Below, piece after piece: positions 56,581 to 64,000 of a DNA stretch of 64,000 bases. The translations under genes and the position numbers were made by a program. Under the pieces are notes generated by a model. The model did not search any database. It was given only the letters and a program-made list of their open reading frames with translations, and was not told where the DNA came from. The DNA comes from Bacteroidia bacterium (GTDB taxonomy: Bacteria; Bacteroidota; Bacteroidia; Bacteroidales; VadinHA17). The stretch is from positions 1,076 to 65,075 of the forward strand of contig JBGOZX010000004.1 in NCBI GenBank assembly GCA_041480425.1. Direction: 5' to 3'. Within the stretch, counting starts at the first letter, position 1, and every line of letters starts with the position of its first letter.

Positions 56581-57324
56581 ATGTTTAGGTTTTTAACACA
56601 GGTCGGACGCTACTTCATACTTCTGAAAAAGGTTTTTTCCAAACCGGAAAAACCTGTTATTTATTACAAGCAGACTATGCGTGAATTTGTATATCTCGGT
56701 CTTAACTCAGTCGGGATAATCACAATTATTTCCTTTTTTATGGGAGCTGTAATTACGCTGCAAACTGCATACAACACCGAAAATCCCATTTATCCGACAT
56801 ATCTGATCGGGCTGGGCTGTCGCGATTCTATTATCCTGGAATTCTCTTCCTCTGTTGCTGCACTTATCCTGGCAGGTAAAGTCGGATCGAACATTGCTTC
56901 AGAAATCGGTACAATGAGGGTTACTGAACAGATTGATGCTCTTGAAATAATGGGAGTCAACTCTGCATCATATCTGATTCTTCCTAAAATAATTGCAACT
57001 CTTATTTTCAATCCGTTCCTGACGCTGATCAGCATTATAGTCGGAATATTCGGAGGATGGATAGCAGGAACAATGGCAGGGGTAGTTACTTCTGAAGATT
57101 TTATTTATGGAATTCAATATGCATTTATACCTTATTATATAACATATTCCCTGATCAAGACCCTGTTTTTTGCGTTCATAATAGCCAGTGTTTCAGCCTT
57201 CCAGGGATATTATGTTGAAGGCGGATCACTTGAGGTTGGACGTGCAAGCACAAAAGCAGTCGTGTTCAGCAGCGTTCTTATCCTGCTTTTCAATGTTATA
57301 CTCACCCAACTCCTGCTTTCATGA
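56581..57324 (+). CDS. mlaE: MlaE-family ABC transporter permease
   Basis: 247 aa with multiple TM helices and the MRVTEQIDALEIMG block typical of MlaE/Ttg2B permeases. Confidence 0.8.
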   Translation: MFRFLTQVGRYFILLKKVFSKPEKPVIYYKQTMREFVYLGLNSVGIITIISFFMGAVITLQTAYNTENPIYPTYLIGLGCRDSIILEFSSSVAALILAGKVGSNIASEIGTMRVTEQIDALEIMGVNSASYLILPKIIATLIFNPFLTLISIIVGIFGGWIAGTMAGVVTSEDFIYGIQYAFIPYYITYSLIKTLFFAFIIASVSAFQGYYVEGGSLEVGRASTKAVVFSSVLILLFNVILTQLLLS

Positions 57325-58076
57325 TAGAGATCAAAAATTTAGATAAGTCCTTCAATGGTCAGGTTGTTTTGAATAATATCTCAGTGACATTCGAGCCTGG
57401 AAAGACAAATCTGATAATCGGGAGAAGCGGATCGGGTAAGACAGTGTTGCTGAAATCGATTGTCGGGCTTCACGAAATTAACAGCGGAGAAATCTGGTAC
57501 GATGATATATTGTTCAACAAGCTGAATTTTGTCGAAAAAAAAGAGATCAGAAAGGAGATTGGAATGCTCTTCCAGGGGAGTGCACTTTTCGATTCACTTA
57601 CTGTTGAACAGAATGTGAGATTCCCTCTCGATATGTTCACCGATAAAAGTCCTGCCGAAAAAGACGACCGTGTCAATTTTTGCCTTAACCGGGTTAACAT
57701 AATTAATGCCAATAAGCTGGTCCCATCAGAATTATCAGGCGGCATGAAAAAAAGAGTTGCAATTGCAAGGGCTATTTCCCTGAATCCCAAGTACCTCTTC
57801 TGCGATGAACCTAATTCAGGTCTCGACCCGATAACTACAATTCTTATTGACGAACTCATAAAAGAGCTTACTGAGGAGTATTCAATGACAACTATTGTAA
57901 ATACTCACGATATGAACTCAGTAATGAAGATAGGAGAGAAAATTTTATTTATAAGCGATGGGGTTAAATGCTGGGAAGGCAGTAAAGATGAGATTCTCCA
58001 TTCTGATTGTCAAACTCTTAATGAATTTGTTTTTGCAAATGCTCTGGCAAAGCAAATCAGATCATCAGGAAAGTAA
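57321..58076 (+). CDS. mlaF: MlaF-like ABC transporter ATP-binding protein
   Basis: Walker A GRSGSGKT, signature LSGGMKKRV and Walker B LFCDEP. It overlaps mlaE by 4 nt. Confidence 0.85.
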   Translation: MIEIKNLDKSFNGQVVLNNISVTFEPGKTNLIIGRSGSGKTVLLKSIVGLHEINSGEIWYDDILFNKLNFVEKKEIRKEIGMLFQGSALFDSLTVEQNVRFPLDMFTDKSPAEKDDRVNFCLNRVNIINANKLVPSELSGGMKKRVAIARAISLNPKYLFCDEPNSGLDPITTILIDELIKELTEEYSMTTIVNTHDMNSVMKIGEKILFISDGVKCWEGSKDEILHSDCQTLNEFVFANALAKQIRSSGK

Positions 58077-58083
58077 AACTCAA

Positions 58084-58278
58084 TTATTTATCAACATCTT
58101 CGTAATCAACATATTCACCTATCTCCTTTGAAACTCCCCTCGTTTTTCTTACATTCTTATTGTCTTGTTCATGATTTCCGGGTGGGGTTTTCTGTTGTTC
58201 TTCAAAGTACCTGGCAAACGACCGGATGATCAGATATATTATGGTACAGACTAATACAAAACGAATAAACAAAATCAT
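58084..58278 (-). CDS. small membrane protein (DUF4834-like)
   Basis: 64 aa with one N-terminal TM helix, a basic/Gln-rich linker and an acidic C-terminal GEYVDYEDVDK motif I associate with DUF4834. It lies 6 nt downstream of the 894-aa gene. Confidence 0.5.
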   Translation of the reverse strand: MILFIRFVLVCTIIYLIIRSFARYFEEQQKTPPGNHEQDNKNVRKTRGVSKEIGEYVDYEDVDK

Positions 58279-58284
58279 ATTTTT

Positions 58285-60969
58285 TTATTTAATCTCCGTG
58301 TCCAGTTTATAATTATACAAAAATTTGTCTGTTCCGCCGACAATAAGGTTCCAATCGTTTTTATCCGACAATTTCCCTATTGAAAACATCGATGCTCCCC
58401 TTAATGGAAATCCGTTCATTATTTCCCCCTTCTTATCTACCAGATATATCTGTTTTTTGTTAATATCAAATACTCCTATTTTTCTGTCTGAAGCTGAAAA
58501 AATAAAATCAATCGGCCCTCCAAGTTCATCGGAACTGAACTTCCTTGTGAACATTTCGCCTCTGTTATGATCATAAAGATACAAGACACCTTTATCAATA
58601 AAAATATATTCACCAAATCCATCGCTATCTACATCAAAAAAATCAAATGAATGGTCAACGGAAAACTTCCTTAAGCTGAATTTCTTCACACTTCCGTCGA
58701 AAAAAATATTCTGAATCGTGCCATCAGGCGAAGTGCAGACTAATGCAGGTTCAGATCCCGGAGTTAACCGGAGACTGGATCCCTTTGATTTGGTCACGGC
58801 CTCCTTAAGGTTGAGTCTGACATTACCTGAACGATCAAGAAAATAGACCGATGCTTCATCTGCAACAATAATATAATCTTTCCCCGAAACTCTGAAAAAG
58901 CTTGCTTCAGCACTCACATACCCTGCAGTCCTGAATGGTTTCCAGCCCTTTACAACACTTCCGGTTTTATCGTAAGCATAAACCAATTTATCTTCTCCGG
59001 CAATAATCAGCCTGTAAGTGCGGTTGTTGTCATAATCAAAAAGGGCAAGGGAGTTTGTTGCAGGCGATCTGAGTCTGATGGGGTACCTCTCAACATAATT
59101 TCCATTCCGGTCAAGCAAATGAATGTTATTTTTGCCTGAAAACAACAACTGATATTTCCCGTTTTTGAAATAGTCTGTCATATAAACACTGCCAATTATT
59201 CTTTCTTTCAACGGTACTTTCCAAAGAACCCGACCGGCTGCATTTATAAGATAAGCATTGTTTTTTATGTCCTGTATAAAAATCTCCTTAGCACCGGTAA
59301 TATGATTTGTAAAAAAGAAAGGTTTTATGCCTGCTGTTGTGTCGAGCAAAGTTTCCCACTCAGTAGTGGACTCCTCCCTTACTTCATCCTGGTACCTTAT
59401 CGACAGGCTGTTGTATATCATCCCATTTATTGATGCAAACTGATAGCCGGCGGATTGGATTTTATTCAGCGAATTTTTATTCGATCTGAGCCCTGTGATT
59501 ATATCTTCATTAAAGTACCCTGCAAGGAAATCGATAATATGTGACGGAATACAGTAGAATATATATCCGGCACGACTTGGCAACATTCCTTCAAATTCAC
59601 GGTATCTAAGATCATTTGCAAGAGTCTTGTTGAGCATATTATCGTATAAGAGACGGGAAATTGTGATATACGAATTGCCGGTTATCATAAAATTGTCATA
59701 AAAAGCAAAATATGAATCATTAAATCCCGGGGCAAAACCTGGGATCAGGATAGAGATAAGTCCTTTATTATTAGTAAGGTAAACAGGTATTTTTGTCTGA
59801 TCGTCAGGTTGAAAATAGTTGATCGATGTTTGTTTATTGAAACTCGCGAGAAAGATCTGTTCACACTGAACCCGGTTTTTTAATTCATAAATAACCAGGG
59901 AGTTTTCACTAACCGGTCTGTTTTTTATATCCATATACGCTCGTGTGATCTCTTCTCCAATATAGGGTATAAGTTTGACTGCCAAATTGTAAATTTCATC
60001 TGAAACAGCAGGATCAGGTTTTCTACCCAGACTTTCCTCTGTCATCACAAGTGATTCAAAAAGAGCCGTAGAAGACGGGAGAACCTTGTAAGTATGAAAT
60101 GACACAGGTTGAATAAATTTATACCTGTACAGAAATTCTGACGAATCACTACTTTCAGTATAACCGCTGAGAGTCAAACCCCCGTCGTTGAAATAAATAT
60201 CCCCCCCTGCACTACCGGCAAGCTTTGTAATTTTGCCTTCCATTCCCAAAGCGCCTGCTCCAAGAAAAGATCTGACAACTTTCGAGAGGTTATTGAAAAC
60301 CACAAATATTTTATCTTCATTCTTACCCGACGTAAGAAGAATCCTTGAAAAGCCCCGGATACTTCTAATATCGGTACCAATGTTTATCTGCAACTGAGCT
60401 TTTTTAACCAGTTCCCTTGAAGTGCTGGAAACCATTAAACCTGAAATGATGGAAATGAATACCGTATCTTTTCTGTTATTCAGGTTAAATGGGAGAATAA
60501 GCGTTTTCTTTCCGTTAATCCTTTGTTCATCTATCTCTTTAATACCCGACATCTGAATAGCCTCTTTCAGTTGCCGGAAACTCATTTCAGCAGGTACTGT
60601 CATCGAAAGAAGAGGCAGTAATTTTCCTTTTTCTGAGGGATGAAAAGCTATAATCGCGATCCCTTCATGCAGGAACTTCTTATAGCCAGGTTTATTAAGC
60701 TGATCAGCAAGGTATTTCAGCTTCCTGTTAAAGCTATCGAACTCCTTTACTTTTTCGACCTCAGCAAAAAGTCCTTTCCCGGCCGTTAATGAATTTACAA
60801 GACTCTGAAGATCTATCGTTTCAACAACAATGCATGCATCCGGTGTAATTGCTTTGTATGGATCGGTAAACAAATTCTTCCTGCTCTGCTGGAGAAAATA
60901 TCCAAGCAAAGCCAGACCTGAAACCAGGATAACCAGTGATATAATTGCGATGCGTTTTCCTACCATCAA
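58285..60969 (-). CDS. membrane-anchored protein of unknown function with C-terminal BamB/PQQ-like beta-propeller
   Basis: 894 aa with an N-terminal TM helix (IAIISLVILVSGLALLGYF). The C-terminal ~350 aa carry 7-8 repeats such as IHLLDRNGNYVERYP, LVYAYDKTGSVVKGW, VYFLDRSGNV, LYLYDHNRGEM and IYLVDKKGEIMNGFP, plus FDVDSDGFGEYIF. An ATG lies at 60966, one codon inside the TTG at 60969. Confidence 0.6.
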   Translation of the reverse strand: MMVGKRIAIISLVILVSGLALLGYFLQQSRKNLFTDPYKAITPDACIVVETIDLQSLVNSLTAGKGLFAEVEKVKEFDSFNRKLKYLADQLNKPGYKKFLHEGIAIIAFHPSEKGKLLPLLSMTVPAEMSFRQLKEAIQMSGIKEIDEQRINGKKTLILPFNLNNRKDTVFISIISGLMVSSTSRELVKKAQLQINIGTDIRSIRGFSRILLTSGKNEDKIFVVFNNLSKVVRSFLGAGALGMEGKITKLAGSAGGDIYFNDGGLTLSGYTESSDSSEFLYRYKFIQPVSFHTYKVLPSSTALFESLVMTEESLGRKPDPAVSDEIYNLAVKLIPYIGEEITRAYMDIKNRPVSENSLVIYELKNRVQCEQIFLASFNKQTSINYFQPDDQTKIPVYLTNNKGLISILIPGFAPGFNDSYFAFYDNFMITGNSYITISRLLYDNMLNKTLANDLRYREFEGMLPSRAGYIFYCIPSHIIDFLAGYFNEDIITGLRSNKNSLNKIQSAGYQFASINGMIYNSLSIRYQDEVREESTTEWETLLDTTAGIKPFFFTNHITGAKEIFIQDIKNNAYLINAAGRVLWKVPLKERIIGSVYMTDYFKNGKYQLLFSGKNNIHLLDRNGNYVERYPIRLRSPATNSLALFDYDNNRTYRLIIAGEDKLVYAYDKTGSVVKGWKPFRTAGYVSAEASFFRVSGKDYIIVADEASVYFLDRSGNVRLNLKEAVTKSKGSSLRLTPGSEPALVCTSPDGTIQNIFFDGSVKKFSLRKFSVDHSFDFFDVDSDGFGEYIFIDKGVLYLYDHNRGEMFTRKFSSDELGGPIDFIFSASDRKIGVFDINKKQIYLVDKKGEIMNGFPLRGASMFSIGKLSDKNDWNLIVGGTDKFLYNYKLDTEIK

Positions 60970-60991
60970 ATCAAAAATAACTGATGATTTT

Positions 60992-60999
60992 CAAAATTA
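60992..60999 (-). promoter_or_regulatory. Bacteroidota -7 promoter box (TAnnTTTG)
   Basis: The minus strand reads TAATTTTG, 25 nt upstream of ATG 60966. Confidence 0.4.
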
Positions 61000-61241
61000 A
61001 GAAATTAAAGGTAATCCCTGCTGTACAAATGATCAATACAGGATTATTTAAGCACCTGTTTAATAACACATTGTCATCCAGGTTGTATGAAAAAAATTTA
61101 TTTATTTTTATAATTCGTTTTATTACCTGAAATGAAAAGCACCATACTTGCACTTATTTTTACAATTATTATCTGTTTTTCAGCATTTTACTTATGAACG
61201 CATATGTCTGAGTTATGATGAGATCAGACAGACCAAATTCA

Positions 61242-61262
61242 TCCGGGATTGTTGCTCCCGGA
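61242..61262 (+). terminator. hairpin with downstream T-rich tract in plus orientation (orientation and role uncertain)
   Basis: 7-bp stem TCCGGGA / TCCCGGA with a 7-nt loop, followed by AGGAATTTTATTATTT. It lies 41 nt beyond the stop of the minus-strand Tat-signal gene. Confidence 0.3.
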
Positions 61263-61302
61263 AGGAATTTTATTATTTCGTTAAGGATTGTAGTTTGATT
61301 TT

Positions 61303-62889
61303 TTATGCTTCCTCAATAACTTTATATCCTGCTGCATCGGCAAAAGAACGAAGAGGTTCACGCAGGTCTCCATAAAACGTTACTCTGTGCCAACCCCATC
61401 TATCCCACATTGTGAATAGCTTTTCAATATCTCCTATTGGCTCAGCACACAACTTGGTCCTGCATGCCCTGTCGTCGGGATCGTTACCAACAGCAACTGC
61501 CTGATGAAATAATATTTCTTTTCTGTCAATATGAATTTCCAGTGTTGTAGTCAGATAATTTACAGGAAGAATTGATTGTACTGAAGCTCCCTGCCTGTCT
61601 TCTGAATGGGTCATTATATTGAAAGGATTGGATTGACCCTGCGGTCCGAAAACCTTATTTGAGGCTACACAATGAGCATAGATGATCTGTCGTCTGGAAG
61701 TGTCTATTACAGGATCCGAAATGAAACCGGGTCTGCCATTTGTTAAAGTTGAAAATGCAAGCATTGTGGCAGCAGACCGTACATCACACTCACATCCGCC
61801 AACGAGTCCTTCATTGCATAATTCGTGAAATCCCAGGCAGGGATAAGCATGGATATACCCTCCATAAAATCCTCCCAGACAATTTATTGTAATCGCATTA
61901 GCTTCATGATTCTCCAGCACACTCTTCATTCCCAGGTACATTGAAGCAGAAGTTTCCAATGTTTCAAAAGGAACATTAATAACATCTTCTGCTGTTTTTT
62001 GCCATTTTTCAGCAATACTTTTTGCTTCATCTTTATCTGAGTCGCTCCATGCTGCATTAACTTCTGAAAAAGGGATATATTCCAGAGGTATTCCAAGGAC
62101 AGGTGCAGCAACAAGGGATTTCTGATCTCTTACAGCCAGTATTTTAGACTTTTTAAGCCTATAGATGCATTCATCTGAAGATAAGATATTTAAAGTGTTA
62201 GTAAGCAGGTTATATCTTCCAGGTGCCGGAGTCAACCGGGTGCGGACACTGGTTGTGGCTTCGGCAAATTCTGATATTGATCCGCTTTTCTCCACTTTTT
62301 TGAAACATTTCACAGCAGCCAGCAGATCATCCATTCGCGAAGATGCAACAAATCCGACATTAGGATAATTCCCGTTTAAAAAGGATGAATTGTAAGTTAG
62401 AAATCCTCCGCTACCACCATACTGAAAATCAGCATACAGGACAGGTTTGCCAGTTTTAACTATATTCTGGACAACCCTGTTCCAGCAATTCATCTGATAA
62501 ACAATATATCCATCGATAGTCTCTAATTTATCAAGCTGAATTATTTTTTCTGCATCCTCAGGTCCCTTAGCGAGAGTCGGAATAAAATCAATATCACTAA
62601 AGTTTTTTATCAGAGTTCTGTTAATTCTCTCCATTGCTAACCTGAAGTCAAATCCAACATTCGGCCAATCGGGTTGTGCCTGAACTTCTCCGTGAAGAGA
62701 GTAAATAATGCGGATTCTCATTTTATTCTTTTTATTCCCCGTCACTGCAGATGGACTAAGAAAAGATAAAGGAGCTAAAGTTGCACAAGCTGCACAAGCG
62801 CCACATGATGAAAGAAAATTCCGCCTGGAGATGTTTGATAAATCCCTTTTCAGAATTCTATTCTGACTGATTGAAACTGACTTTTTCAT
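61303..62889 (-). CDS. Tat-signal protein of unknown function with L-fucose/L-arabinose-isomerase-like C-terminal features
   Basis: 528 aa with the twin-arginine motif SRRNFLSSCGACAACATLAPLS (RR at aa 22-23). The blocks ITINCLGGF, GGCECDVRSAATMLAF, GFISDP, YAHCV and WHRVTFYGDLREPLRSFADAAGYKV resemble the FucI/AraA-like fold as I remember it. Confidence 0.45.
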   Translation of the reverse strand: MKKSVSISQNRILKRDLSNISRRNFLSSCGACAACATLAPLSFLSPSAVTGNKKNKMRIRIIYSLHGEVQAQPDWPNVGFDFRLAMERINRTLIKNFSDIDFIPTLAKGPEDAEKIIQLDKLETIDGYIVYQMNCWNRVVQNIVKTGKPVLYADFQYGGSGGFLTYNSSFLNGNYPNVGFVASSRMDDLLAAVKCFKKVEKSGSISEFAEATTSVRTRLTPAPGRYNLLTNTLNILSSDECIYRLKKSKILAVRDQKSLVAAPVLGIPLEYIPFSEVNAAWSDSDKDEAKSIAEKWQKTAEDVINVPFETLETSASMYLGMKSVLENHEANAITINCLGGFYGGYIHAYPCLGFHELCNEGLVGGCECDVRSAATMLAFSTLTNGRPGFISDPVIDTSRRQIIYAHCVASNKVFGPQGQSNPFNIMTHSEDRQGASVQSILPVNYLTTTLEIHIDRKEILFHQAVAVGNDPDDRACRTKLCAEPIGDIEKLFTMWDRWGWHRVTFYGDLREPLRSFADAAGYKVIEEA

Positions 62890-63028
62890 AAGAAGAATTT
62901 GTTAAACTTCGTAGTACAGAAAAGTGATTCCTGTTATGCAAGTTACAAAAAGGATAACATTTGGCACACAATTTGATCATATATAATTACACAGGCAATC
63001 TCAAACATATACTTGATCCTTCAAGTAC

Positions 63029-63056
63029 AGCCAGGTCAAAAGCCTGGCTTTTATTT
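63029..63056 (+). terminator. terminator-like hairpin whose T-tract is on the plus strand
   Basis: 7-bp stem AGCCAGG / CCTGGCT with a 7-nt loop, followed by TTTATTTA. It ends 12 nt before the trpS stop codon, and the minus-strand reading has no U-tract. Confidence 0.35.
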
Positions 63057-63061
63057 ATGTG

Positions 63062-64000
63062 TCAGAACGACTTATAGCCTATTATTTCCCGTACTTCCCT
63101 GATGGTTTTTGAAGCACTTTCCCTGGCTTTTTCCCCGCCTTCATTGACAACTTTTGCCAGATATTTATTATCTGCCAGAATATTATTAATTCTGTTCCTG
63201 ATTGGATCGGTTACTTTTATAATATCCTCTGCCAGTTGTTTTTTAAGGTCGCCGTAACGAATCTCGCATGAAGCGTGCTTATCTGTGAAATATTTAACAG
63301 TTGCCGGATCTGATACAACCTTCATTATAGTAAAGAGGTTCCTGACAGGTTCCGATGGTTCCTGGCCTGGTGTTGTTGGTCCTGTATCTGTTACAGCTCT
63401 CATCACCTTTTTTCTGATCTCCTGTGGTGTGTCGGAAAGAAAGATCCCGTTTCCTTCACTCTTCCCCATTTTGCCTGTACCATCGAGACCAGGTATTTTA
63501 ACAAGTCGCTTTCCGAAATTATATGCATCAGGTTCAGGAAAATAGTTTACCTCATACATCATATTGAACCTTCTGGCAAATCTTCTTGTCATCTCCAGAT
63601 GCTGTTCCTGGTCCTTTCCCACCGGCACTTTATTTGCCTTATGAATAATTATATCTGCAGCCATAAGTACCGGGTAAGTTAAAAGTCCGGCATTTATATT
63701 ATCCGGTTGATTCCTGATCTTTTCCTTAAAAGAGGTTGTCCTCTCAAGTTCTCCTACATAGGCATTCATGTTTAACAGCAGATATAACTCGGTTACTTCA
63801 GGCACATCACTCTGAATAAAGACCGTTGCAATTTCAGGATCGATACCACATGCAAGATATTCTGCAAGAACCTGTTTGATATTTCCATGAAGATCATCAG
63901 GCTTTGGATGAGTTGTAAGGGAATGATAATCGGCAATAAAGAAAAAACAATTATTCTCTTTCTGCATCTTAAGAAAGTTCTTTATCGCGCCAAAATAATT
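63062..64000 (-). CDS. trpS: tryptophan--tRNA ligase, C-terminal ~310 aa; N-terminus beyond the right edge
   Basis: It has the KMGKSEGN (KMSKS) motif and FFIADYHSLT. The frame stays open upstream of the track's Met to the window edge (NYFGAIKNFLKMQKE), which matches the conserved GNY.GAIKN block. Confidence 0.9.
   Translation of the reverse strand, partial: NYFGAIKNFLKMQKENNCFFFIADYHSLTTHPKPDDLHGNIKQVLAEYLACGIDPEIATVFIQSDVPEVTELYLLLNMNAYVGELERTTSFKEKIRNQPDNINAGLLTYPVLMAADIIIHKANKVPVGKDQEQHLEMTRRFARRFNMMYEVNYFPEPDAYNFGKRLVKIPGLDGTGKMGKSEGNGIFLSDTPQEIRKKVMRAVTDTGPTTPGQEPSEPVRNLFTIMKVVSDPATVKYFTDKHASCEIRYGDLKKQLAEDIIKVTDPIRNRINNILADNKYLAKVVNEGGEKARESASKTIREVREIIGYKSF

Overview
Dense, AT-rich chromosomal segment that looks like Bacteroidota (probably class Bacteroidia). 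The basis is TAnnTTTG-type promoter boxes, gld/por genes and family content recalled from memory. About 55 protein genes are present and nearly all are intact. I found no rRNA, tRNA, CRISPR array, transposase, integrase or phage gene. Most of the window is housekeeping: nrdJ fragment, waaA, pgk, tpx, holB, trmB, mrp/nifU, tsaE, metG, glmS, panCD, radA, PBP1A, topA and trpS. The biological theme is type IX secretion/gliding, spread over four loci. These are the core operon porP/sprF-gldK-gldL-gldM-gldN (49.5-55.3 kb), a PorW/SprE-like TPR lipoprotein next to a PorX-type REC-PglZ regulator (17.1-21.4 kb), gldH (13.8 kb), and a WbpE-D-B-A sugar-nucleotide module (27.4-31.4 kb). I do not see a clear-cut new multi-gene system such as a defence island or mobile element. 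The best second-look items are: (1) a GC-rich composite inverted-repeat block upstream of mrp; (2) the conserved-unknown beta-helix protein coupled to glmS; (3) an arginase-fold protein with degenerate metal ligands just upstream of the T9SS operon; (4) a membrane-anchored beta-propeller protein paired with a tiny DUF4834-like protein; (5) a Tat-signal protein with sugar-isomerase-like features; (6) a 67-nt palindrome built from octamer repeats; (7) two plus-oriented terminator-like hairpins, one preceded by a 21-codon hydrophobic ORF, in minus-strand-only regions. All family assignments come from reading the translations and from memory; no searches were run.
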